From contig NC_058368.1 in assembly GCF_018350175.1 (NCBI RefSeq), forward strand, positions 234,052,001-234,116,000: a DNA stretch of 64,000 nucleotides, in the 5' to 3' direction. The translations under genes and the position numbers were made by a program. Of the stretch, positions 12,953 through 24,654 are shown piece by piece. The notes below the pieces were generated by a model. The model did no database searches, was not told the origin of the DNA, and saw only the letters and a program-made list of their open reading frames with translations. Positions within the stretch are counted from its first letter, which is position 1. Every line of letters starts with the position of its first letter. Source of the stretch: Felis catus (Eukaryota).

Positions 12953-13427
12953 TGTGGTGTGCGGAATAATGGCCTCCAGAGATGTCCCTCTCCAAATCCC
13001 TGGAACCCTGGATATGTCATATTACACGTCAAAGGGACTCTATGTGAGTAAGGGTAGAAGGGTAGGGATCTGGAAATGCAGAGACCATCCTGGATCATCT
13101 AGATGGGCCAGAAAGGAGCATAGAAACACAGAGAATCTTTCTCAGCCTTGATCAAAAAGAGATGTGGTGACATTGATGATTTTCAAGGTAAAGGAAGGCA
13201 GCCACATGGCAAGAACATGGGGCAGCTTTAGAAGCTGTAAAAGGCAAGAAAATGGACTCACCCCTAGAGCCTCCAGAAAGGAGCACAGCCCTGCTGACAT
13301 GTTGACTTTAGCTCAGTGAGACATGTGTTGGAACTCTGACCTCCAGAACTGTAAAATAATACATTTTTGTTGTTTTAAATCACTAAACTTTGGTAAATTG
13401 TTACAACAGCAATAGAACACACATATA
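12953..13427 (+). mobile_element. MaLR solo LTR (MLT1D-like)
   Basis: TGTGG..GAATAATGGCCTCCAGAGATGTCC start; CCCCTAGAGCCTCCAGAAAGGAGCACAGCCCTGCTGACA; TTGTTACAACAGCAATAGAA end; degenerate 5-bp TSD TCAGC/TTAGT. Confidence 0.88.
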
Positions 13428-13439
13428 TTAGTTGAGAAA

Positions 13440-14150
13440 AACAGTTGAGCCCAGCAAGAATGAACTCAAAGAGCAGACACATCCCTGGCTGCTTCCCCAC
13501 ACCAGTGAGCTGGCCTGTGGTGGGTAAGTAGCAACGTGTGTGTGTGCATGTGCTTCAGAACGTGCTTGGGCCACACAAGTATCTGTCCTGAACCTCCCAG
13601 CGTAAAAAGTGAAATGACTTCTGCTTCACTTCTACCCTCCAAATTGTGCACGGAAACACCTCTTATGCCTCATCACAGCTGGAAATGTACTGAAAAGGAA
13701 TCCTGGGAAATGTCTCTCTGACTAGTCAAAGGGACACCTTCGGGGAGCCTGGGTGGCTCAGTCACTTGAGCATCCAACTTTGGCTCAGGTCATGATGTTG
13801 CATCCGTGGGTTCGAGCCCCACATCGGGCTCTGTGCTGATGGCTCAGAGCCTGGAGCCTGCTTTGGATTCTGTGTCTCCCTCTCTCTCTCTACCCCTCCC
13901 CTGCTCATGCTCTGCCTCTCTCTGTCTCTCAAAAACTAAAATAAATTGTTAAAAATTTTTTTTAAAAAGGAACATCTTCAAGTCTGCCACAGTCCACCCC
14001 TTGCCAATGTGGCAGCCAGACACATGTTCTCTAAACCATAGCTCATTCTCAAATAAAGATAATAGCACATTCTTTAGACTTACATGATAACTATCTCCTG
14101 TACAACCAAACCCTCTGGCACTTTCCTCGGAAGAGACTATACTCCTCTCA
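13440..14150 (-). mobile_element. ERVL-class 3' LTR (LTR33/LTR16-like) with polypurine tract and adjacent internal sequence
   Basis: Minus strand reads AAGGGGTGGAC|TGTGGCAGAC at 14002-13982 (PPT followed by LTR TG); interrupted by SINE 13742-13965. Confidence 0.55.
13742..13965 (+). mobile_element. Can-SINE
   Basis: Typical head, CT tract and tail; TSD AAAGGGACACCTTC/AAAGGAACATCTTC. Confidence 0.95.
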
Positions 14151-14239
14151 TCCTGTGGATTTGTGTCATATCCTGTACAGCAGGAGAGTGGAAACCCTAG
14201 CTGGGTATGATGGGTAGATGGGCTCAGGGTGTAGCTGGG

Positions 14240-14930
14240 TGATACAGGGATTCTGAGGCACCTGCCTGACAAAGCAGACCTTGGCCTGAAGTTGCCCTGG
14301 GCCCTAATCTCCTTACAATTTTAGTCCGCTGCAAAATAAAAGCTCTTTCACAATCTGCCTGCCTATTTGTAGTTTTCTTTTCTGAGGCACTTCTTCTACA
14401 GGACGGGAACTTGCAGAAGACCTCAGGCCCCCTCAGGTAGCCCACTTCTCCAGCCCACCTGGTAGGTGCTGCTTCCCATCAGAAAGTCAAAAAGCTGCAA
14501 GCTTGAAACAAGCTCCAGGGCCCAATGTACAACTGGCTTGCTTCCGCAAAAACCAGACCAGGCCAGTCAGAGCCACGATGGCCCCCTTGCCTTTCATTGT
14601 AATGCTAAAAATCACACCCAGGGTGGAGACTTAACATACAAATAAATACAAACAATGAATGAAAGAGCATGTTCTATCAACTGCACTCGTGCCCCCAATT
14701 TTCTGTATTTCCCTACCCCTGCATGCCTAGATATCACTGTTTTCCTGCCTCAGCCCCTTCAAAAACTTTCCCTAACCATTGTTGGGGGAGCATCCTGATT
14801 CTGGTACTCGTCTTACTAAGGCTGTCTCCCTCGTGCCCAAACATGAGCCTTCACTAAACACTGTCTGCACCATCCTTGGCCTCACGTTTGTGTCTCCACT
14901 GGAGAGCCCGAGAATGCTGAGGTCATAACA
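14240..14930 (+). mobile_element. Solo LTR, probably ERV1 class
   Basis: TGATACA...CATAACA termini, ~690 bp, AATGCTAAAAATCACACCCAGGGTGGAGAC block typical of ERV1 LTRs, degenerate polyA signal near 14853; interrupts the ERVL pol remnant; no clean TSD. Confidence 0.7.
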
Positions 14931-15193
14931 AAAACTGAGCATAGCCTCACTCAAGTATGGCCTTGAAAGGCAGTGGAGAGGGAAATCCTCCCAGTGGGCA
15001 GGGCTTTGGGCAACACACTTGGCCATCCATGTGCGTAGAGAGAGAAGTGAGCATAGGACAGAATATAGTCAAGACTAGTGAGACAGTGATGAATGGCCTG
15101 ACCAGCTGGTCAAGAACCTGCAGACTAGGAGATTGAATGATGGACACAAAGAAGTGTCGGTGGAGGCACATGGGAGGCTGTACAAAAGCACAT

Positions 15194-15478
15194 GGGGGGT
15201 CCAGGATGACTATTTGGGAAGACGCTGCACTCACCTCCTGCACAGACACACCAAATCTATACTCACATATAGAGCAATTTCCCCTGAAGAAGAACTGAGT
15301 GCTGACTGAACAGCTCCTGTGCAACGAAGGATAGAGGGACCACAGAGAGGATGCCAGGAAGATGGACACATGGGAATGATGGGTTCCCACACCCACCTGG
15401 GCTGTGAACTGCAATGGGGAGGGGTAGTACTGAGGAACCACAAACAGATTTGTCTGCCCTAGGGTTCAGAGAAAAAAA
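15194..15478 (+). mobile_element. Isolated L1 5'-terminal (5' UTR) fragment
   Basis: GGGGGTCCAGGATGAC...GGGAAGAC...CTCACCTCCTGCACAGACACACCAAATCTATACTCACATATAGAGCAAT resembles the first bases of older carnivore/laurasiatherian L1s; ends in AGAAAAAAAG. Confidence 0.6.
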
Positions 15479-15619
15479 GAGTAGGTGGGCACAAAGTAGG
15501 ATAATTGCTATATCACAGAAAAGCGTGCACAAGAGAAGATTCACAAAGCAACCAATTAGGCAGAATGACTCAGCCAGTTGACATTAACCAGTCTTTGTCA
15601 TTGGCTTAAATCACGATGC

Positions 15620-15755
15620 ACTCTTCTAGACTCTAAGCTTCCAGACGGCAAGGATGCTATCATATTGATTGATATTTGAATCCCAGGCACTATCCACTAA
15701 TTCTGGCAAATAGTAAGCACTTGATATATGTTCATGGGAAGAATGAATGTCTTAA
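15620..15755 (+). mobile_element. L2 3' end fragment
   Basis: CTAGACTCTAAGCTTCC...CTGGCAAATAGTAAGCACTTGATATATG...GAATGAATG. Confidence 0.7.
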
Positions 15756-16370
15756 TTCATTCAGTGTCCTTCTGTGGGTTGTTTTGTTTCCCCATTCTCT
15801 TCTACCCTCTACTTGGAAATAAGGGAAAAGCAATTCATGAAAATCATCATGCAGTACACAAAACACATATAAGCCGAAGATCAAAGAGATTTGTCTTCAA
15901 AAAAGTGTGACAAGACCAACCTGTGTAGCACTCATTGTGGCCCCCATGCATAAACCCTGAGTCCAGGGGAATGACAAGCACCTGGCACGCTTGGTGACAA
16001 TAAGAGTTAAGTGTCTCTTTTTCCACGCTCCACAAACAATGCTCAGGGACTCCGAAATATGGAAAGCATGCAATAATAAATCAATATTTATGTTTTAGCA
16101 GGAAGAAAACCTCAGTCTTTATTTAGCCAATAATTATATCAACCAAGTTTGGCAGCCTAAGGCTGTTTTCCTTCTCCCCAGACAAGGTCTTTCTTACAAA
16201 AGATATAAATAATGGCACAACATTTTTAGACCCAATAAACTCACACATACTGTAAATTATAGTTGCCTTCCATCTGTGGGGACAATAAGCACATTTTGAT
16301 GAAGTAGAAAGGAAATTTAAATTCTTTCAACTCTACACCTAGTCTTTTATTAAGAATAAAAAGATAAATT

Positions 16371-16487
16371 GGGATGCCTGGCTGGCTCAATGGGTAGAGC
16401 ATACAACTTTTGATTTCAGGGTCATACATTCAAGCCCCACATGGGGTGTGGAGATTACTTAAAAAAAAACCTCTCATCTTAAAAAAA
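16371..16487 (+). mobile_element. Short tRNA(Lys)-derived carnivore SINE lacking the CT tract
   Basis: GGGATGCCTGGCTGGCTCAATGGGTAGAGCAT...TTCAAGCCCCAC...GAGATTACTT + A tail; 18-bp TSD AAGAATAAAAAGATAAAT (16352-16369)/AAGAATAAAAAGGTAAAT (16488-16505). Confidence 0.9.
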
Positions 16488-17859
16488 AAGAATAAAAAGG
16501 TAAATCTTTTCAGCTTAAATGTAGTTTTACCCGGAAAATCCAAATGGAAATACTTTTGAAATTGACTGTGCATTTTAATTGAAGAGTCAAAAATTATCCC
16601 TTAAATAATAATATAAGGCAGGAGTATGAACTATAAAGTTGGCTGTTCCTATGCATTCCCATGGTTTGGAAAACAGGACACTTCAGGGATCAGGGGTTGG
16701 ATAAAGTATAGATTGTGAGGGTCTCTCAATCGGCACATACAGTGATGTGTCCTGTGCTGTTCCCTTTGGGGCCATATTGAATTTCCTGATCTAGATCTGG
16801 TCATATGCTCACAGATTCTCCTTCACAGTGCACGGTCCAGAGTCTTGAGCAGGCAAGAGTATTTGTCAATTGAACAATGAATCATAAATGCCATTTGCAA
16901 CATTTCCTCTTCCATGTAAGTCTGAAGAATTGAATTCACACACTTTAAAATTTTTTCAAAACCAAATTCTAACAAAGCAAAAAAAAAGCCAGAGCTACTG
17001 AGAAGAGTAGTGGTGTTCATTGGTCATGTTTTCTTTTATATAAAGTGCTGCAGTGATGGTCCACATTCACAGATACATGGTTAGCGAGTATTGCCATTTG
17101 AGCCAGGGAATCATCCTGGAAATCCTTGCAAGATGGGACACAGGGGCTGAGATGTAAAGGGATCACCCCAAATCACAGGGCTGGGTAGTGGGTGGACAGG
17201 AACTCAATCCCTCCCTGATTAGTTCCTGGGACTCTCAACTGCTCTAGAGACACAATTCCCAGGCTAAGGTGGCCAGTCTCTAAGAACTGGAAGAGAAGCC
17301 AAATTCTACCGTCTCCCTAGAGGTGGCCGGTGGCACAACCACCCCAGCCTTCTCCAATTTTCTTCTTAGTGAAGTTGGATATCCCATAATATGTTGGTTT
17401 ATCTTTTGCCTGATCAATTGTGCTGTTTGTTTATGCCTTTATCCATTTTTTATGTTATGCTTTTGTCTCTTCTTTGTTGGCACTTCATGTTGTTCAGGTT
17501 AATTCCTTGTCCATGACAGGTCACGAAAACATTCTCCTGGCCTGTCAATGGCCTTTAACTCTGTTTATGCTATGTTTTTTTCCAGGTAATGTGGCATCCA
17601 ATTTGCATTATATTATATGCTTTCAACTTTCATTTTTCGGAGCAAACTTTAAGGCCTTAATTATTTTATTAAACAAAGCTAGAATTTTTTTTAATGCCTT
17701 GGCTACATTCCATCAGGCACAAATACAAATAATTAATTCAAGTAAATGGACCTAAAGATACTCAATTTTTCTTTTTTTTAAGTTTGTATGCCTCAATTTT
17801 ATTGTGAATGTTTTGGGTGTTTTTATTTTTGCTGGAGGAGGAGAGCATAGAGGCTACAG

Positions 17860-17962
17860 CTATGCTACTATGGTAGCTGTCACATGTGTCTATTAAAATT
17901 AAAATTTAAATTTAATTAAATTTTAAAACGTGCCTCCGTTTCACTAGTGACATTCCAAATGG
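17860..17962. mobile_element. hAT-Charlie MITE fragment (MER3/MER33-like)
   Basis: ATGGTAGCTGTCACATGTGTCTATT...AATTAAATTTTAAAA...CACTAGTGACATTCCAAATG. Confidence 0.55.
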
Positions 17963-18029
17963 GATTCCCATTGCCTCAGAAAATCCTATCGACAACATTG
18001 AATTAGATCCTGGATTTCAGAGGTGGGTT

Positions 18030-18480
18030 GCATTTGACAATGTCTCAGCCAGCATGCTTTGCTAGCTGTGTGATCTCAGGTATGTCTATGCCTCAGTTCC
18101 CTCATGTGAAAAATGAAGTGCATGGAGCTATATCATAAGGTAGTTGTGTGGATTGAATGAGTTGATACATAGAAACTTGAGTTAAACCTTGGTTTTCGAG
18201 CATAATTCACTCTAGAAACATGATTGTAATCCAAAGCATTTATATATCAAAGCGAATTTCGAGAACCGTTGGCTCAGTTGTGATCATGTGACATTTAGTG
18301 CCACGTACTACTCAAATTGCAAGACATCGCTTGTTTATCAAGTTAAAATTTATTAGAAATGTTGGCTCGTCTTGCAGAACACTCGCAGAACAAGTTACTC
18401 ACAATAGATTTTACCGTATCTATAGAAATGTGCTTGGAACCCATAGGTACTCAATAAATATTAGCCATTGTAATAATTAT
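18030..18480 (+). mobile_element. MIR SINE split by a MITE
   Basis: GCTAGCTGTGTGATCTCAGG..GCCTCAGTTCCCTCATGTGAAAAATG..GTTGTGTGGATTGAATGAGTTGATACAT, resuming CATAGGTACTCAATAAATATTAGC. Confidence 0.85.
18179..18416. mobile_element. Tc1/mariner (Tigger/pogo-like) non-autonomous DNA transposon
   Basis: Imperfect TIRs GAGTTAAACCTTGGTTTTCGAG ... CTCACAATAGATTTTACCG followed by TA; interrupts the MIR; many CpGs retained. Confidence 0.7.
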
Positions 18481-18769
18481 TGCACTTAATTATATATAGT
18501 ATAATTAATACCATTATATATTATCTATATTGTTTATTAACCTCATTGATTTTTCTTATCCCAGAACAATTTCAAGCTGTGGTATAATTACAACTGTCAA
18601 AGAGCTTTTTCTCAAACCATCTTCAGACTAAAGTGACATGAGGCCATGTCTATTATTATTAGCCATGTTCTGAATAGGTTACCATTTGTGTCTACACTAA
18701 TGAATTATACCCAACTATCTTTTTAAGTGTACAATGATATAATAAATATTAAAACAATTATAATTTATA

Positions 18770-19000
18770 GTGATCCTACTGGGCATATGCCCTATACTGG
18801 GCATTTTTATGCAATTGTATGTAATCTTCAAAAACAAAAAAAGTCTGTGAGGTAGCTTTTTAATTCCTATTTAAAAGAAATAGAAACTGACACTTGGAAA
18901 GTAATCTAAATGAGCCAAGACTGAAATTAGCCAGGACAGCTACTAAGCAACAGGGTGACAGGGCTAGGATTTGAACCCAGACTGTCCTGTCTTTACAAAT
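18770..19000 (-). mobile_element. MIR SINE
   Basis: TAATCTTCAAAAAC..TGTGAGGTAG..AGAAACTGA..GGGCTAGGATTTGAACCCAGACTGTC. Confidence 0.8.
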
Positions 19001-19426
19001 GGCTATAGTGACAGGAAGTAGAACTCCCGTGTGAAGGTCTACAATCTCAGAGTATAAATAAAATGTCATCATTGCTACATGGAGGGAAACATGACATGTG
19101 TTATTCCAACTAATCATTTACGTGGCAGCTGAACCCTAGAAAAATGAAGGACTATCAAGTAAAGCCACTGTTCACCTAACAGAAGTTAAAACTAGAGATA
19201 GAAACAGTACTTAGGTCATGGGGACGAAAGTAGATTAATGATTGCAGTTCCCAAAGTGCCTCCAACAGACCTCACATGTCAACTCTACACATCACAAAGG
19301 GGAGGCAGAGGACACAAAAGAAACAGATATACAGAGAAGGGTAGATGAAGAGAAAGGGAGAAATGATAGAGGACTTCCTGAAAACATCTGTTTTGAGTTG
19401 TGATTCTCAAAAATGAGCTAGATATG

Positions 19427-19620
19427 GGGGCAACTGGGTGGCTCAGTCGGTTGAGCGTCCGACTTCAGCTCAGGTCATGATCTCACAGCATGTGAGTTCA
19501 AGCCCCATGTCGGGCTCTGTGCTGACACCTCAGAGCCTGGTGCCTGCTTTGGATTCTGTGTCTCATTTCTCTGCCCCTCTCCCACTCACATTCTGTTTTT
19601 CAAAAACAAATAAACATAAA
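19427..19620 (+). mobile_element. Can-SINE
   Basis: Typical head and body; TSD AAAAATGAGCT on both sides. Confidence 0.95.
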
Positions 19621-20249
19621 AAAAATGAGCTGCAGTACGATATGCTGGCCTTCATCCTCTCAGCAACTGTATGCACTAACTAGCACAGGCAGCATTTACA
19701 TCTTGTAAGTGTGTATAGATTTGCAAAGAAGTTAACCAACCAGTGTATGATCATAGGGGTATGAACATGCTGGCCTTGTTACATGGCATCAGCAGCTATA
19801 TTTTCCAGACAGAAAGGAGTTGTTTCCATCTCCTTCTGGTGGATTAATTTACCAATTATTGATCAACTTTACTGATTAAGTTGTGTATGATGCTCCCCTT
19901 GGCAACCCAGAACCATTCATCCATTCACTCAATGGCTACTTCATAAAAACCTGTCAAAGCCAGGTGCTGGGCTTGACACAGAGCACATAGGGGCAACAGA
20001 GGCAGACAGGACTCTGGGCCTCATGAATCATAAAACATGGCAGAAGCAAGGAGCACAAACCAAGTTAGGGTTAGTTTGATGGATGAAGTTCAATGATGCA
20101 ATCAGCCCAGCGTATGACAGCAGGAAACACTTTCCGAGGAAGCAAAATGTAGAGTAGGAGCTGACTGTGTTAATGCCGTGGAGAAGGAAGGATGGGGAGA
20201 GAAGAGAAATATGGCGGACTCATCTAACCTTGGGGGTGATTCTATAGCC

Positions 20250-20565
20250 CCCGTGGTGGGGTTAGGTATGCTCATGTTTCACTTCAGCCATGGAATGTGG
20301 ACAGAAGTTGACATGAGTTACTCTGGGGCAGACACTTCAGGAGCCGGTGTGAGGTCTGGCATGCTCACCTTTCCCTCTTCCTGTGATCATTCAAGCACAT
20401 GCCAAGACGGAGCCGGTGAGTCTGAGTTCCTGAGCTGCTGTGATACGGAGCCCCCTTGTTGATGATGATGGACACAGAGACAGAATATGTTTGAAGCGGC
20501 AAGAACAAATGTTGGGTTAGGAAGGTTAGACATGCTGTGGTTTGGTCCAAAGCAGAGTCAATGCG
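20250..20565 (+). mobile_element. Old MaLR LTR (MLT1I/J-like)
   Basis: GCCATGGAATGTGGACAGAAGTTGACATG..TCTGGGGCAGACACTTCAGGAGCCGGTGTG..TTTCCCTCTTCCTG. Confidence 0.65.
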
Positions 20566-20941
20566 GAGGGATAGATTTGAGAAATATTAACAAGAAATCA
20601 TCAGCAAGTTTTGTAAACTGAGTGACGATGTAGAACTAAGGAATCAAGAATGACTCTGAAGCTTAGAGAAAGATGATGCCATTTGGTGACATTCAAGTTG
20701 AGATGCTAATGAGATATCTGAGTAGAGTCATTTTCTGCGTAGCCAGGGAGCATGCTAGAGCTGACAGAAAGGTCTTCTCTGGAGGCATGACTTTGAAGGT
20801 CATCAATATGTAGATGCTAATTGAAGTCACTGGAGTGGATGTGCTCACTCAGAGAGAGGGTGTAATTGTTGGGGAGAGGAGGAAATACTGACAAAGCAGA
20901 ATGAGAAGAGATCACACGGGAAAGAAGGACATCAACAGGGA

Positions 20942-21166
20942 TTTTTTTTTTTAAAGTTTATTTATTTATTTATTTTGAGAGAGAAAGAGAGTGCTCACGA
21001 GGAGGAGAGGGGCAGAAAGAGAGGAAAACAGAGAATCCCAAGCAGTCTCCTCACTGTTAGTGCAGAGCACAATGCAGGGCTCAAACTCATGAACTGTGAG
21101 ATCATGACCTGAGCTGAATGAAATCAAGAGTCAGATGCTCAATCGGTTGAGCCACCCAGGCACCCC
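20942..21166 (-). mobile_element. Can-SINE
   Basis: T tail to GAGCCACCCAGGCACCCC; TSD CAGGGA..TTTT. Confidence 0.95.
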
Positions 21167-21389
21167 AGGGAATTTTTAAGAGGAAGAAGAGGAGAACAGA
21201 ATCAAATGATTGGGCGTATTTGAGAAAGCTAAGAGCTGTAACTGTCCATCAGACATTCAGATATGGAAGCTGTAGGTGACTTATATATATATATATAGAA
21301 AGAAGTTTTTGTGGAGATGTGGTGGGAAAACTCAGAATACTATGGATTTAAGAATGAATAGAGGGTAGACTAGAAAATTTGGGTAAATA

Positions 21390-21592
21390 CTTCTATTACA
21401 GACAACCAGAAAACTTGGGCATAATCTTAAAGTCTGCAGAAAGATTTGAGACAGATCTAATAAGGTTATAACATATTTAGAAGTTAGATCCAGGAGAAGA
21501 AACTTTTGGGTACAATTTCACTTAATAGCATCTTCTTTTTTTTTTTTTTAAGTTTATTTATTGAAAGAGAGAGAGCAGAAGTGGGGGAGGGG

Positions 21593-21646
<54 letters not shown>

Positions 21647-22545
21647 CCTAAGCAGGCTCTGTGCTGTCAGCACAGAGCCTATGCAGGGCTCGAACTCACG
21701 AACCATAAGATCATGACCTGAGCTGAAATCAAGGGTCGGATACTCAACTGACTGAGCCACCCAGGCACCCCATTAATGGCATCTTCTAAATTCTGTAAAG
21801 TGTAGGAAAAAGACTAAAATTATGAGCAGTATTTTGCCTCATGAGATCATAGATAAAAAGGACACCAAGTCTTACAGAAAGTGGAGAGGGGTCCTGCCAA
21901 GTTATCCGAGATTTAAGTTATGAAGCTTTTAGGGCACGTCTCCAGGTAAAAGCGAGCTTTAAAAAAAGAAATGAGCAAGTCTCAGAATTCCTTAACAGAG
22001 CTTTAAATCATTTCAGACCCTGGGGTTGGATTAAGGTGAGCCAGAATCCAGTACCAATACCTGCCAGAAGCAAATTTCAATTTAAAAATTAAATGCTCTC
22101 TGGAGGACAGAACCATTGTTTTAGGCCTCAAGGATATTTACACAATTCTGTTTACAATGCCTTGCACTCAATCAACAAGGACCCACACACAATCAGATAA
22201 ATAACATGAATTAAAAAGAAGAAAACAAACAAACAATAGAAACAGACCTGCATTTGCAAGGATATTAAAGACAGAACCAGAGCTAAAGAAAAGCACTGGA
22301 AACTATAAAATGTAAAAATAAAAATTATAGGAATGAAAATATAAATGACTAAAATTAAGAATTTATTACAAGGATTATCAGCAAATTAGACACAGCTGAT
22401 ATGAAAATGAAGGAACTAAAAGAACACAGGAAAAAAAAATTCAAAATGAATCAGAGAATGCAAAAAGAAATCTAAAAAAGAGGAGTGAAAACATCTAACA
22501 TATGTATAATTGTCCCAGAGAGAGAGATTTTCGATAAGGTAATTC
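21390..22545 (+). mobile_element. Ancient L1M 5' UTR/ORF1 fragment
   Basis: GCCAGAAGCAAATTTCAA..CTCTCTGGAGG; A-rich degenerate ORF1 (AAATTAGACACAGCTGATATGAAAAT..ACATCTAACATATGTATAATT). Confidence 0.65.
21537..21771 (-). mobile_element. Can-SINE with expanded (GA)n
   Basis: TSD TTAATAGCATCTTCT (21522-21536)/TTAATGGCATCTTCT (21773-21787). Confidence 0.96.
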
Positions 22546-22734
22546 ACATATGAATGACATTAAGATGTGGAAGGCAATGGAATTAAAGTTAGGAGGGGGA
22601 AAACAGACATCAGTAAGTCAGATTATACTTCAATAAAGTTGTCATATAAAATTGGTAGAACATAAGAACAGTGTGTGTATAAACTTTTTGAAAAGCAAAC
22701 CATTTCTTCCGGGATTTCTAGTTGTAGCTAGTAC

Positions 22735-23455
22735 ATGTGGGTATATGACTCACTTCAAGTTACTGCTTACACATGAGACGTCCTACCTCATTTGCTTGCA
22801 TTTGGACGTGCTCTAGTCCCAGCACCATTTGTTGAAAAGACTATTCTTTCCCTATTGAATGGTCTTGATACCCTTGTAAAAAAATCAATTGGTCATGAAT
22901 ATGAAGGTTTGCTTATGGACTCTCAATTCTACCCCATTGATCTCTACACCAAACATCTTATGCCAGCACACGCTGCCTTGATTACTATAGCTTTGCAGTA
23001 AATTCGAAATAAAAAAGTGTCAGTCTTCCAAATTCTTATTTTTTCAAGATTGTTTAGGCTCTTATGGGACCCTTGAACTTTCAAATAAATTTTAGTTCGG
23101 CTTTCCAATTTTTTGCAAAGAAGCAGGCTGGAATTCTGATAGGGATTGCACTGAATCTTTAGATCAGTTTGAAGAATACTGTCATCTTGGTAATATTAGG
23201 TTTTCCAATCCATAAATATGACACGTCTTTTTACTTATAGAAGACTTTTTGAAATTTTTAAAACAATAATTTGTAGTTGTCAGGCTATAAGCTTTGCATT
23301 TCCTTTGTTCAACATATATTTTATTGTTATTGATGTGGTTGTAAATAGGATTGTTTCCTTAACTTTATTTAATTTTTTTTTTACTAGTGAATAAAAATGT
23401 AATTGATTTTTGGGTATGTATCTCATGCCCTGCAGTTTTACAGGATTCATTCATT
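22735..23455 (-). mobile_element. Old L1M ORF2 fragment (antisense)
   Basis: CTAGTCCCAGCACCATTTGTTGAAAAGACTATTCTTTCCC and GATAGGGATTGCACTGAATCT match the reverse complement of the window L1 at ~3830-4560. Confidence 0.9.
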
Positions 23456-23469
23456 AATCATAATCTATG

Positions 23470-24610
23470 GATAAAAGTCACACACTTGAGAAAGTAAAAA
23501 GACAATCCACAGAGTGAGATATTTACAACATATATAACTGGAAAAGGCTCATATTTAGAATAAAGGACCTCCTACAAATCAATGAGAAAATATGGACATC
23601 CCAATAAAAAACAAGCAAGTGATTTGACCAGATGTTTCATAAAGGAGGAAATCAAAATGGTCAATAAACACCTAAAAATGTGTTCAAGCTAAATTACAAT
23701 CAGAGAGATGCAAATTAAACCCACAATGAGTTATCACTCTACCTACTAGAAGAGCTAAAATTCAAAGTATGACAATGTCATGTTTTTGTGAGGGTTTAGA
23801 GTCATCAAAACTCTCAGCAAGTACTGGGAGTATAAACCGACACTATAGCACTTGGATTTTTCCACTGAAGTTAAACACACACCTTCTTTTTTTTTTTCTT
23901 GAATGTTTATTTACTTTTGTGAGAGAGAGGTTGCGGGCGGGGGGTGGGAGGGTGGAGAGGAGGGGCAGAGAGAGAGGGAGACACAAAATCCAAAGCAGGC
24001 TCCAAGCTTTCTAGCACAGAGCCCGATGCGGGGCTCGAACCCATAAAGTACGAGATCATGACCTGAGCTGAAGTCGGACGCTTAACTGACTGAGCCACCC
24101 AGGCACCCCTAAGCACACGCATTCTATAGCACAGCATTTCTGCTCCCATGAAACACAGGTGCATGCAAACGAGACATGAACAAACTGGTCATAGCAAAAG
24201 CAACAGCCTCGAACTGGAAAAAAATAAATAAATAAAAGTCCTTCAACAATGTATTGGATAAATTATGATATATTCTTATAATGTTTCTGTAAGAAATGAA
24301 CAAAAAACACCTACAACGATGTAGGTGAAATTCACAAATACAATGTTGAGCAAACTGAATCAGACACAGAAGAACACATATGTGTGATTCCATTTATATA
24401 GGATCCCAAAACAGGTAAAACTAGACTAGGGTAATTTAGAAATCAGGATAGTAATTAACTTTGCAGGGAGGGAACATTGGGAAGTGGTCCAAGTACTTAT
24501 CTGGGATGCTGACAACATTACATGTCACAGTCTGAGTGGTAATTACACGGGTTTTCGCTTTGTGATAATCTCTTAAACTGACCATAACTGTTTTGCGCAA
24601 CTTTATTCAC
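23470..24610 (+). mobile_element. Old L1M (L1MD/ME-type) 3' end, interrupted by a Can-SINE
   Basis: AGAGAGATGCAAATTAAACCCACAATGAG; GTGATTCCATTTATATAGG; AGAAATCAGGATAGT; GTGGTAATTACACGGGT. Confidence 0.88.
23887..24109 (-). mobile_element. Can-SINE
   Basis: TSD TAAACACACACCTTCT/TAAGCACACGCATTCT. Confidence 0.95.
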
Positions 24611-24654
24611 ATATACAGGACGAGGTATGAGAGAGTAGACCCTTCGTTTATTTA

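Larger units (their letters stand above)
14190..15610 (+). pseudogene. ERVL-type pol (RNase H region) remnant, split by two insertions
   Basis: GAAAGGCAGTGGAGAGGGAAATCCTCCCAGTGGGCAG ~ KDSGEGKSSQWAE; GAATGGCCTGACCAGCTGGTCAAGAACCTG ~ NGLAGWSGTW; resumes after 15480 with TGGGCACAAAGT ~ WAQS and CAGCCAGTTGACATTAACCAGTCTTTGTCA ~ PVDISQPLS. Confidence 0.75.
19915..21380 (-). mobile_element. L2 LINE fragment(s), interrupted by an MLT1 LTR and a Can-SINE
   Basis: CATTCATCCATTCACTCAA tail, CCAGGTGCTGGGC, GGAATCAAGAATGACTC, TTGAAGTCACTGGAGTGGATG, TTGTGGAGATGTGGTGGG. Confidence 0.75.

Noticed and set aside
16371..16450. tRNA-Lys gene
   Set aside because: It has degenerate A/B boxes, an A tail and an 18-bp TSD, so it is a retroposed SINE.
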